Virus record (IMG/VR): IMGVR_UViG_3300028797_000007
Span: 1 to 64,000 of that record
Reading direction: 5' to 3' (one strand)
DNA length: 64,000 nucleotides
DNA from: a virus
Lineage: Duplodnaviria > Caudoviricetes
Of this stretch, positions 43,523 through 55,459 are shown one piece after another. The position numbers and the translations under genes are program-made. The notes below the pieces were generated by a model that saw only the letters and a list, made by a program, of their open reading frames with translations, ran no database searches and had not been told where the DNA came from. Every line of letters begins with the position of its first letter. Position 1 is the stretch's first letter.

Positions 43523-46500
43523 CTATAATGTATTTTTAAAACTATTTATTTTAATACCTGTTTGGTTACCAATCTCTTTAAACTTGTTAACAAATGCATC
43601 GAATGCTTTTTCTCCATCTTCTACAGAAGACATCGAATCAACATTGAATGAAATATTATCAATAGAAACTGAACTTGCACTATTTCCTGCAATATTATTA
43701 GTACATACTTTATCTAAAACATCTACAAATTTAATAAAATGTTTAGTTTGTAATGCACTTAATACCATCTCTGGATTTTGTGGAGAACCGTCTAACCAAC
43801 TAGGACCTGTATAATTAACTAAGCCGCCATTAGCATGATGTGGCATACTATAAGGATTAACAGGTAAATTAATACCAGTATTTGAACTAAAAGCATTAGT
43901 GTAAGTTGGTAGAATTGAAGTTGATTGTACAGCTTTCCACATTGCTTTAACCGTTTCATTTTGTGTAGGTTTATAAGTATAACTTCCCATAGTACAAATA
44001 CCCAAAGAAGGTATATCCCAACCAGTAAAGGTATATCCACTTCTTGTTAGAGAAGGTAAAGTAAGACTTTCACCTTTTTTAACATATTTAACCTGACAAC
44101 TACCCATGCCAGTGTCTAACTGTATAGTATAAGTTATATTATCACTACTACTATTGCCAGCTCCGGTGCTAGAATAAGTAGAAGTATTGTCTGCTGTTCT
44201 ATATCCTCCACCTACTTGAGAAACTGCTGAGCTAACAGCCTTAGAAATAGCACTACTAGTATCGCTTTGCCAACTTTTAATAGTCTGAATAATTTCTTTA
44301 CTGTTTTTACTCATGCTATTTGTTAGGCTAGTATCTAATTTTTCAATTTGGTTTCTGGTTTCACCAATATTTTCATATATATCGAATATTGATTTTCCAC
44401 CTTCTAAACCAGACATATAAGTTTGATAATTAGTATTCCATTCATCTAATAACTGCTTACGTTGTATCTCGGAAGATGTATTTCATTCATCAGTTTGTCG
44501 TAATAGTTCTGTTAAACGAGTGTCATCTTGCATAACAGATTCATCTAATCAGCCGAATAACCAATCCATATTATCTCATAATTGGTCAAACTCTTCTTGT
44601 AAAGCCTTTTGTTCTTTATCAAGCTTATCTGTTATATCATCAAGCATTTTACTATATTTATCTTCTGCTATATCTTCTAATTTGTCTTCTATGTCTTTTT
44701 GTGCTTTAATAAATTCTATATCTGAAGCCCCAGAAGTATCCATCATTGCTCTTTGTAAATTAGTTTGTAAACCAGATACAGCTTTAGCATTTTCTTGGTC
44801 TTTTCTAGCTTCTTCACGAGCTTTACGTAAATCTTCTATAGCTTCTTTTTCTTTGTCTATGGCTTCTAATTTAGTATCTAATATTTTTTGGTAGATTTCT
44901 TTAACAGCATTTGCTGCCTTATTTTCCATATCAACATATTTATCTACCATTTCTTGCTCTAAATCAATAACTTTCTTTAAGTAAGCTATATATTTGTCAA
45001 AGTCATCTTGTAATTCTTTAAACATATCTGTATAAGTATTATATACATCATCTGCTTTTTGTTTTAAAGTAACTTCTCCATCAGCTGCCTGGTCTTGAAG
45101 ATTTATATATTTTTCCCAATTTATAATAATTTGACCATATTTATCAAAATCAAAAACTCCTTCTAAACCTTCTACTGTATTAATAAAATCTTTATATCCA
45201 TTAGTAAATTGTTTTTGTTCATTTACTAGGAATTCATATTGGTTCATTAATTCTTTATTATAGCTTAATCTTTCTTGTAATAGTTTACCATATTTTTCAC
45301 CCTGAGAAACATCAGCGTAAGTATCCAATGTACTCAATCTATGTTCTAATACTTCAATACGATTTAATATATTATATATTTCTTTAAGCTGACCAATATA
45401 TGTTTCAATCTTTCCACTGTCAGCTTTACCACTACCAAGTTTGCCTAAATCAGAATTATATAAGTTTTCAAGGAATATCATCTGTGCTTCTACATTTTTC
45501 TTTTGAGCTTCTAGACTAGCTCTAGTATTTGATAAACCTTGATTATATTTCCTTAGCGCAGCTGCAGCCTGTTCACGTTGTTCTGTTGTTAATATTTGTT
45601 CTTCGTCAAATCCAGTAGAATCTAAAGCTGTTCCACCTTGCCATTTTATTTTTTCTCTAGCTTTCCATACTTCATTTTTTAATTGACCTATGCTAGTAAA
45701 TTGTCCTGTTAATAATTTATTAAATGCTTCACCAACTGCAGCAACACCGTCTATAGTTTGTGTAGCCCATTGAGCAGAACCTTCTGCCATGTGGTCATAT
45801 GTTATTGCTAAAGCTTGGTCAACCTTAGATTGATTTTTTCCATATTCTATATTTGCTAGACTTTTTGCTTTAGATAATGTAACTTCTGTTTGTGTACTAT
45901 CGGTTAAATAATCAATAGTAGCCTTATTAGCATTTATTTCTGCATCATAAAAAGCTATTTCAGCATCTAGTTCAGCATTTTTAACTTTTAATTTATCAAT
46001 AGTTTGAGCAATTTGAGCTTTAGTAGCAATCTCTTGTATATCTTGTAATGACTTGATTGCATCCCCTTGTGCAGTAATAAGACCTTTGCTTGCATCAAAA
46101 CCTAAATTTAAGTTATCTAATGCTTCGGTATACTTAGTTAAACTAGTAGGGTCTAATTTTGTTATATCTATACTATCTAACACTTCTGTTAAACTAGTAA
46201 ATTCATCTAAAGTCCAAGCACCATTTTCTGCTAATGATTTAGCTAAATCATTTAATGTTCTTAATTTTTCAGAAGCATTATCTAATTCTTTTGATAAATC
46301 TCCCCATGAAATAGCAGCACTATAACCTAATGATTTAAAAGCTTTTTCTTGTATATCTCTAGCTTGCTCAATTAATTTATCTCCTTTAATTGTTCCGTTA
46401 TCAATACCTTCTTGAATTGCATCATATAATGCTCTAACGCCTTCTTCTCCACTCATTTCAAATGCTGCTTCAATTTGAGACATTCGACCTTTTAATGCTG

Positions 46501-49500
46501 AAAAGATTTCTTCGTTACCAGCATCAAATAAACCGAAATTATCTAATTGAGATGCAGTATCTGGCTTCATTTGGCGGATAACATCTCGCATATCTTCTAA
46601 TATTCTTAACTTTTCTTGTAGCTCTTCTTTTTTTCCGAAAATAGCGAATTTTGATGCCTTCTCTGTATCATCAATACGAGTACCAATATTTTCTATAGCT
46701 TGACGAACATTTAATTGACTACCTTGATACATACTATCAAACATAGCATTACGCATTGCTTCTATATCTTCTTTAGAAGCTTTTGTTTGTTGTTGGAATT
46801 TCTTTAAATACGCCTCTACTTTGTCTTCCATTTCTCCGTAAGTTTTTTCAGTAGTTTCTGTTCCTAACTTATCTGTTTCAATAAACAAATCTTCTAAATA
46901 CTTGCCGTATTTTTCTTTATACTTTTCATACTTCTCTTCTAAAGCAGTACCATAATCAAACTTTTCCAATTCTTTTTTAGACATGTTGTCTACATCAGCT
47001 TGGACAGCATCTTTAGCTCTATCTTTAATCGCATTTTGGAATGTACGCTTAGTATTTGTTGATGCTAGTATTTTACCAGTTTCGTCTACAGTATTTTCAT
47101 TTATGGTATCGTTTAAATCGCCCATAAATGACATATACATATCTTTATATTCTTCAAAATGTTTCTTTAAATTTTCCTTTGCTTCTTTTAAATGTTTTTC
47201 TTGAGATTTTTTATACAAATAACTTCCAAGAATAGGTGAGAAAAGTGGACCAGCTAAATTACTTGCAACACCTATTCCTAGGCTTTCCCAGAAACCGGTT
47301 TTAGCAGTTTTTTTAGTCATTTTTTGTTGTGCCTTTACTATTTCGTCTTTTTGTTTTTCTCGCTCCTCTTTTTGTTCTTTTAAGTATTCTTCATATTCTT
47401 CTCTATTTATAATTTTATTGCCATATCTATCTGTTAAAACATCCAAATCAGCAGCATCTGCCATTTGTTGAATTAAATCGTTAAGTTCTTCTTGCTCATC
47501 TGCAGTTTTCGCTATTTTATTACTTAATTTATCATAACGGTCTAATAAACTTTCAGCTGCCCTTATTCCTACATTTAAAGCTTCGAAACCTTCAGCTAAA
47601 TCTCCTACAGCTTCATTACATTCCTCTAAAGCTTTTTTATTCTTACCAAATTCAGAAATCATAGATTTAACAAGAGCTGTTACTGCAGTTACTGCTAAAG
47701 CTATTGCTTGTAATATAAGTCCTATAGGGGTTGCTTCTATAGCAGCATTAGCAGCCTGTATAGCGACAACTATGGCAGCTAGTGCAGCAGTTATACCAAT
47801 AACCGCTTGACCCATACTATCATCTAAAGCATCAAAAGCTCCTACAATAGTAATTACTATTCCTACTACACCAGTAGCTAACTGAGCAGTAGCTTGAGCT
47901 GATTCCATAGCTAATTTTTTCTCTTCTGCTGTAACCTGTCTTACTCCCTTAGCATATTGTTCATGAGCTTGCTCTGCTTGAGCTAATTCTATTTTATATT
48001 GTTCAAGTTGCGCCCTGCTTTCCGCTATAGCTGCAGTTAATTGTTGTTGTGTAGATACGTCTTCAGGTTTTGCTGCAGCCAATTTAGCTGTATTACTTGC
48101 TATAGAATCTTCTGTAGCAGAAATTTTTGATTTTAAATCTTTAATTTTAGAAGCTTGCTTAGTCATTTTTAAATATTGACTATATGCTTTGATATTATCT
48201 TTAAAAGCTAAAGTAGAACTTTTTAAAGTCTTTATACTATTCTTCCATTTATCAGTTTGAGCCATTAAAGCAGACCCTAAATTTGCTATCTTATCTTTTA
48301 ACTTAATAACTACAGCGGCCAAAGCTCCAACTACTAGAATTGCCCTAGCCCCATCGTCACTAAGAGTGTCCATAACTTTTGTTAAAGTATTTAAAATACC
48401 AATAAACATATCTGAATTAGTTAATGTCGCTAAGAATTTTTGCCAACTATTAACTAATTTTTGGATAGAAGCATCCAAACTATTCATAGCTTTGGCGTGC
48501 ATTAATGTTTGCATTCCAGCACTGTCTTGAGATACTTTAGATAATTCTAGCGCTCTGTCCCAGTTTTGCATTAATGAAATAAAACGAGATTGTTGACGAG
48601 TACCAGCAATAACTGTTCCTAGGTATGCTTGGGTATTTCTATCTAATGAATTCCACTTAGGTCCCAATTCTTCTAATACTTCTTCCAAATCTCTTAATTG
48701 GTTATTATCATCTCTTAAAGCAATACCAACAGATTTTAATGCTTTTTCTACAGCGTTTACATCTGCATCTCCATCTTCACTAGTACCAGCTTCTTTTATT
48801 TGTTGGAATCTAGCCATGATTGTTTTCATTGAAGTACCTATGTTTTCTGGGGCTTCACGTGTTACTTCTATCATTGTTGCTAAATACCCTAAATAATTAT
48901 CCATACTAATACCAGCTTGATTAGCTTGAGAAGCACCTTTTTCAAATGCTGTTGATAATTCATTAATACTAGCAGCTGATTTTGCAGCTACGGCATTAAA
49001 TTTATCGGCTACGTCTATAGCTCCTTCTACACCTACACGATATCCATTAACAGCTGCGGTTAACTTATCTGCAGCATCTGCAACGGTAATACCAGCTACT
49101 TTGGCAAATTGGGCTGTAACTTCAGTCATTTCTAATACTTCTTCTTTTCCTAAACCTTGTTGGAAGAAAATAACCGATGCTTGAGCTATATCATCTATTG
49201 CCATACCAGTTTGTCTAGATAATCGAATAAAGTCACTTGTCAAATTTTGAGTTTGTTTTCTACTTAAATTAGATACTACAGAAATTTCAGTTAAGGCTTT
49301 ATCTAAAGACTTATAGAAATTAAATGATGCTGTTGCTAATTGTTTTAACTCACGGACAACCCATCCCGCACTAAATACAACACCAAATTCCGCTAATACT
49401 TCTTTAAAAGAACGTGAAGCATCTTCTAATGCTTTCATATTATTATCTTGCTCATTTAAACTTTCTTCTGCCGCAGTTTCCATAGCTTTGTATGCGCTTG

Positions 49501-50317
49501 TAATTTCTTTTAAAACTTCTAATAAAGAAGTGGCGTTTATAGTAGATTCTTTGAATTCATCTGGACCAATAACATTAGTTTGAACCTTTTGTATATTGGC
49601 ATTAATTTCGCTCATCGCTGCTGCAATTTCTTCTTTAGTACCCTTCTGTAAACCAGCTTTACTTATTTTTTTACTTAATGCTGCATCTATCGCATCAATT
49701 TGTTTTTGAAGTTGTGCCAATTGCTCTATCTTAGGAGCCATACTAGCTAACCAACTAACATCTCTGCTATTTAATTTATTGCCATCATTTTTTTGCTTAC
49801 TTAAACGTCCATAACGTTGAAGAGTATCTCCCAAATCATTACTACTAGTTCTTTTGCCCATAATACCAGAAACTTGTTGTAATACATTGGCTCTATTATC
49901 TTTTAAAGCGCTGATATCATTAGCCGCTTTTTTTAGTCTATTTAATTCTCTAGTTAAATTAGCTAATCCCTCTATACCATCTTGATTTGCCTTAGAGCTA
50001 AAGCTATTACGCATACTAGTTTTAAAATTATTAATTTGTTGCTGTGTAGCTTTTAACTCAGATTCGAATCCTCCTAAAACTGATTTAATTTGTTTAGAAG
50101 AAGTACCTGGCTGAGATATGGTTTTTATCATGTCTTTGTAATTATTAATGAAAGTCTTTAATCCTTTTTCTAAATCATTAATATATGACATGCTTTTAGA
50201 GTTAGACCCACCAAAATCTAATTTTAATTTAGATAAATTAGACTGCATTTGTTTTACCAAAGAGTCTACATTTGATGTAAAATTAATATTATACGTTATT
50301 TTTTTGTCTCCTCGCAT
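43523..50317 (-). CDS. Tail tape measure protein (2264 aa; TGA=Trp at 44576, 44549, 44483)
   Basis: TP901-type core (LDKALTEI, IGTSMKTIMARF, AGTRQQSRF), long helical repeats, TM stretches, C-terminal HANGGLV..G..WLDG..PE. Confidence 0.93.
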
Positions 50318-50354
50318 TCCCTATTCACCTCTCTCTTCAACAAAAAAAATCAGC

Positions 50355-50921
50355 CTAGGCTGATTTATCTTCTTTGTTATTATTGTTGTTATCTTTTATA
50401 AACTTATTAACTAAATCTTGTAATTTATCATTTACCTCTGCTATTTGTTCTTGCTTAGCTTCTTCTGTAGCTGCAACTCTTTCTTTTGTAGCTGAATCTT
50501 TAAGAGCTGTTGCTGATAAAATTATATCTGATATTACATTAGTATCCATACTACCTAATTCTTTTAAAACTTTTTTAATAGCAAAAATAAATTTACCAGA
50601 AATTTCTATATCTCTTTCTTTATAATTATAGACATCTTCTACGATATCATATAAATATTCTTTATTATCTTTTAATAATTTATCTATAAAAGGTTCAATA
50701 ATATTCTTACTAAAATCTATACTAGACATTTCAGAGTTATTGTATAAATCTATAACATCTTCATTACAAGCATTAGATGCCACTGCTATCATCGCTATAG
50801 TTGTTATTCCTGCAGTTGTAAAATTTTCCTCTTCTCCTAATAAAGCAATTGTATCTAATACTATTTGATATTTTTGAGCATTAGAACTTAAATCATATCC
50901 TTCTTTTAATGTTAATTCCAT
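50355..50921 (-). CDS. Hypothetical protein (tail assembly chaperone position)
   Basis: AGGAGG RBS; directly upstream of the tape measure gene. Confidence 0.6.
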   Translation of the reverse strand: MELTLKEGYDLSSNAQKYQIVLDTIALLGEEENFTTAGITTIAMIAVASNACNEDVIDLYNNSEMSSIDFSKNIIEPFIDKLLKDNKEYLYDIVEDVYNYKERDIEISGKFIFAIKKVLKELGSMDTNVISDIILSATALKDSATKERVAATEEAKQEQIAEVNDKLQDLVNKFIKDNNNNNKEDKSA

Positions 50922-50923
50922 AT

Positions 50924-51946
50924 CTATTTCCCTCCTTTGGTTTTATTGCCATATCACAGGCTATATTTATTTTCCCATAATCCTTGTATCAAACTAATCT
51001 TTTTACGCTCCCAACCTTTAGAACTTACTTCTTGTAAAAAAGCTCCATAGTCTTCAACTCCAGTAGATTCTAATTTAGTTGGCGTTAATATAGGATTACT
51101 ATAATTACGTAATTGCAATCACTTTTCTAGTCCATTCGTATCAGTAGTCTTCTCAGTAGTTTTCCTAATAAAATCACTAAATAACAAAATTTTTTCTCCG
51201 TCTTCTATAAAAGGGAAGAACTCTTTGTATTTATTTAATAAAAAATCATTACACTGTTGTTCCACAACCTCCTCAACAATATGAAAAACTATCTCTTTTT
51301 TATTTTTATCAACGCTAAACCAAATTGAATCTAAAATTGGTTTTATATATTGACTTTCTAACGTTCCTATTTTAAAAATTTCGATATAGTTCTTAACTTC
51401 TGAACGTACTTGTCTTCTGTTATTAACAGAAGGTAACTTAATTGCTATATCTAATTTTCCTTCAGAATAAGCACCTCTGTTAAATTCATGTGTATTAATT
51501 GTTACAGAATCTGGGTCCAATTTTTTAGCTCAAGCATGTCTTCTAATTGTTACTAATAGTTCTTTCTTTAAACCCTCAATCTGATTAGGAGAAAGTACTT
51601 TTTTATTATTAGAAAATTGCCCTGTGCTTAATGTTTCAATTAAGGATTGTATACCCAAATCCTCCATTATTTCTAAACCATATCCTTTTTTATAAATTAC
51701 ATCTTTCAAAGAATTAGTTAAATCTTGCCAATCTATGTCATCAGGCTCCAATTGGTATCCTTGAAGCGAAAGCATTTGCCTTAACTCTTCCTTCCAATTT
51801 TCATTATTTTGAGTAATCTTAGTTTTAGGTAATTTATTTAACTCTCTTAATTCATGATATATATCTTTTTCATGTTGTTCTACTCTAGGCAAAATGGTAG
51901 TTAAAATATATGGTGCATATTCATGAACAATTTCATATCCATTCAT
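50924..51946 (-). CDS. Hypothetical tail-region protein (340 aa; TGA=Trp at 51530, 51119, 50954)
   Basis: One frame to TAG 50924; joins two track ORFs. Confidence 0.7.
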
Positions 51947-52242
51947 TAATCAACCACCACCTTAATTACATAATCTTCTGGACGAATCTGCATTTTTTTT
52001 AATTGGTAATAATTAAAATATCTTTTATCTCCTACTGGTTGATATTGACCTGGTCGTTTACCATTCATATATTCTTCAGATTTTTTAACAGATTTAACGT
52101 TTATCGCCTCTTCATAATAATTCATTGGATTGGCTCCATACGGTAATTCATATTCATATAATATACCATTGGCCCCCAATCTTCTAACACTTAATGTTCT
52201 ATCTATTTTAGCATTTCAATCATTTATAGTTCATTTACCCAT
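51946..52242 (-). CDS. Hypothetical protein (98 aa; TGA=Trp at 52231, 52216)
   Basis: MGK(W)TIND(W)NAK...; starts 1 nt after the upstream stop. Confidence 0.65.
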
Positions 52243-52243
52243 A

Positions 52244-53077
52244 TTAAATCACCACTATGGTTGCTATATCTTTATTTAATTCTTCACCCGTAGCTATAGA
52301 TTTTACACGTATAGGTGTAAATGATGCTTTACTACTATCATTAATTGATAATACCATGTCAGTATCAATCTGAACTTTATCACAATGAATATAAACCGTA
52401 TGTTTATCATCATTTTTTAAATCTACAGCATCTATGTAAATATCCATAGCAGCAAATATATTATTATGAACTTGCTTTACTTTTGTAATAGAAGAAGCCT
52501 CTATTAAATAATTATAAGTAACAAAATATTTGTCACCTTCTTTAGCATTAAAAACATGTAAGAACCATTGTCTTGGTTCATTATCAGAAACACATAATTC
52601 ATATTCATCTACATTTAATAAAGTGTTTTCATTATCCTCAACTTTATAAACATAAAACTTATCATTACCTGGAGATAATTCAGGTTTGGCTGTAAGTTTA
52701 GAATATCCTTGTTTATCAGTTTCTAAATACTCATTTCCTCTTATTTTAGTATTTCCTGGCTCCTCATCATTTAACCCGTATATATAACTTCATAAAGCAT
52801 ATAATACAGAGCCTTCATTAATTATAAAATCTATATGATTTGTTATCCCAGCCGTGCCAATATGACCTTGAGCATCTTGTGCTGTTACAGGTTTAGAAAC
52901 AAATGATAAATTAGATAACGCTGGATTGTTTATAATCATTATAGGCTCTCCAACCTCAAAATCACCATACTCTATACCTTTTTCTTGAGGATTAACTCTA
53001 TTTTGTCTTATAACAGCCCCCTCAGGTTTACTTAAAATAATTTGAGAAACTTCTTGCATTCTTAATTGTTCTAACAT
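52244..53077 (-). CDS. Tail-tube-like / minor tail protein (277 aa; TGA=Trp at 52790)
   Basis: Beta-rich, loosely parallels the adjacent major tail protein; joins two track ORFs. Confidence 0.6.
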
Positions 53078-53090
53078 ATCATCGTCCCTC

Positions 53091-53106
53091 CTCTAAAATT
53101 ATAGTA
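53091..53106 (-). promoter_or_regulatory. Late-motif copy (degenerate)
   Basis: TACTATAATTTTAGAG directly before the RBS; lacks the upstream TTTA. Confidence 0.45.
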
Positions 53107-53148
53107 GTAGAAAAGTTCCTTTTCTTCACTTTCCATTCTACTAACACT

Positions 53149-53177
53149 ATATTATCATAAAATAGTACTTTTGTCAA
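53149..53177 (-). promoter_or_regulatory. Sigma-A-like promoter inside the late region
   Basis: TTGACA-N17-TAATAT with extended -10 TG on the minus strand. Confidence 0.6.
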
Positions 53178-53188
53178 GTAAAAATTGC

Positions 53189-53222
53189 AAAAAAAATAAG
53201 AGAGAAGATTTCTCTTCTCTCT
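53189..53222 (-). terminator. Intrinsic terminator after the major tail gene
   Basis: AGAGAGAAGA / TCTTCTCTCT stem with an A-run on the + strand. Confidence 0.75.
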
Positions 53223-53230
53223 AGTTATTA

Positions 53231-54205
53231 TTACATACTAGCTGGGTCAACTGGGTCGTAGTTTTCATCTAATGGATAAACTTTTCCAGTGTCAGTTAAA
53301 TGTCCATCAACAGAGTCAACTGTAACTTCTTTAGCTGGTACACGTTTAAATGAACCATCATATTGTCCGTAAGTTTCGTCTCCAGATTTTCCTTCTTGAC
53401 GTAATTGTCTGAATTTAATCATTTGTCCTTCGTCATCTCTTAAAGCTTTTCCTTTGAATGAGAATACTACAGCTTCTGTAGCAGCATTTAAGTTAAATGA
53501 GAATGAACTGTCAAGTTTTAATTTAGGAATTTCAATTTGGAAGATGTCATTTAATCCAGTATATTGGTTAAATAATAATGTATCACCAATAAATTTGTAT
53601 GTTCCAGCAAATTTATCAGCTAAAACTGTGATTTCAGTTAATTCTTCAGTTTTTGTTGGGAATCCCATTTCATATTCATAGAATACTCTGAAAGTAGCAT
53701 CTCCAACGATGCTGTCTTCTTTGTAGTTATGGAAATCACTAAATGAAATAGTATCAGTTTCTTCTTCTAGAGCATTTTCAGTTCTAGTAGCAGTTGATAA
53801 AATACCATTTATCATTTCAGCAATATAAACATAAGAACCTTTACGAGCTTTTCTACCTAATACGATAGTTTGTGCACCATCAGCTACGTGTACTAATTCA
53901 CTTTCCATCATAACGATTTTTTCTTCATTAGTACCTTCTCTTAATTCACCACCAGTTAATACTGCTAATGAACTCATAGTCATAATAGCGTCATCAAATT
54001 GAACATTGATAGCTTTAGAGTGAGATACAGAAGCTAATGTTGGGTTACCTTTACCACCTTGGATATCAGTAACTTCAGCAGTACCTTCAAGAGTAGTAAC
54101 TTTTAATGTATCGAAATACATTACTGGATATTTAGTAACTAAATCGTATAATGTAACATCACAAACAGTAACTGAAGCATATTTTCTTCCTTGAATATCT
54201 AACAT
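53231..54205 (-). CDS. Major tail tube protein
   Basis: YFDTLK, GGKGNP.L, FAGTYKFIGDT, IPKLK; highly biased codon usage; own terminator; ends DPVDPASM. Confidence 0.85.
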   Translation of the reverse strand: MLDIQGRKYASVTVCDVTLYDLVTKYPVMYFDTLKVTTLEGTAEVTDIQGGKGNPTLASVSHSKAINVQFDDAIMTMSSLAVLTGGELREGTNEEKIVMMESELVHVADGAQTIVLGRKARKGSYVYIAEMINGILSTATRTENALEEETDTISFSDFHNYKEDSIVGDATFRVFYEYEMGFPTKTEELTEITVLADKFAGTYKFIGDTLLFNQYTGLNDIFQIEIPKLKLDSSFSFNLNAATEAVVFSFKGKALRDDEGQMIKFRQLRQEGKSGDETYGQYDGSFKRVPAKEVTVDSVDGHLTDTGKVYPLDENYDPVDPASM

Positions 54206-54228
54206 CTTATATACCTCCTAAGTTATTG

Positions 54229-54960
54229 TTAATCTAGCCAAAATTTATTAGTATCTTGGCCATCTTCAGAACTTATGTATGGACTTAATTGAGTCCTTAA
54301 TTCAAAAGATTGAATATCTACATATTTCTGTAGGAGCATATTAAATTGTAGCATGGTCATATTATACACTTGCTCAAATGTATAGCCTCCGACAGCAACC
54401 AAGCCTAGAATCTTATTACCTAAATAATCTTCAGGTTTTTTATTAGGATTCTTTGTTTCTTCTATTTTCTGCTCGCTCATTTTCATCTTGCGAATCATTT
54501 CGCGCTCGCGCTCAGACATATGTTCATTTTCATGATATTGTCCGCCTTCTTCTGAAGCACTTGAATCAGGCAATGAACGTTCACATATCTCTTTCATAAG
54601 AAAATAGAAAGTATTGTCTAGAATTATTCCAGACTCCCTCTCCCCTATATATATAGTGCCACTAACATCAAAAAACTCTACTTTTGACTTTAAAAAAGTT
54701 TCACATGATAATTTTAATTGTTTTTTTAATATAGGACTTGACATAATATAAAGTTTTCATACTTCATAATCATCTAAGGTCTTACTCATATCTGTTTCTT
54801 GATTAATTATATCGCTTCTTTTTAGAAGTCATAAATTAATCAATGCCCAATATGTGTATTCCCCCATATCCACAATTTCTTGCAATGTGGGTTGATAATA
54901 ATATATATCTTGTGTAATTAGTATTGGTTTACCACTTAAAACTTTTGCTAAACTAATCAT
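54229..54960 (-). CDS. Conserved tail-region protein (243 aa; TGA=Trp at 54829, 54757)
   Basis: MISLAKVLSGKPI..YQPTLQEI; VYNMTMLQF; C-terminal KFWLD; start overlaps the upstream stop. Confidence 0.7.
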
Positions 54961-55450
54961 CTATTACAGCTTCATATATCATTCTATATCCTAGTAAAAT
55001 GTCTGATAATTGAGCATTTACTATACTAACACAACGATATTTTACTCCTCCAGTTTGAGTTAATTCATATTTCATTAAATTACTAATTACATGAGCTATA
55101 TTTAAAGGTCTAATACCTTCATTTATAATCCATTGATTTCCTGGAGTAAAAATATCTATTGCTATACTTGGATGAAGGGTATCTGTTTTTGCAGATTCCT
55201 CAGCTGATATCAAAGATATAACAACTATACTTCCTTCATCTTCATCAAAAGGTAGAAGAGGCACTCTTGATATTTGAGTATCTCTTAAATCTTTTGTAAC
55301 GTCTTCTTTTCTTTCTAAAGGTTTTTTATCAGTATATACCAATAATTTCTTTAATTCTTGGCAATTATTAAATACTGTAATCATACGATAGATATCATTA
55401 TTGACATCTAAGAAGCTATCTGTTTCCATGACGTTCTTATTTAATATCAT
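54953..55450 (-). CDS. Tail terminator / head-tail joining protein
   Basis: LKKLLVY, IDIF, IRP, GYRMIY; position in the head-tail module. Confidence 0.6.
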   Translation of the reverse strand: MILNKNVMETDSFLDVNNDIYRMITVFNNCQELKKLLVYTDKKPLERKEDVTKDLRDTQISRVPLLPFDEDEGSIVVISLISAEESAKTDTLHPSIAIDIFTPGNQWIINEGIRPLNIAHVISNLMKYELTQTGGVKYRCVSIVNAQLSDILLGYRMIYEAVIDD

Positions 55451-55459
55451 AAGTACCTC

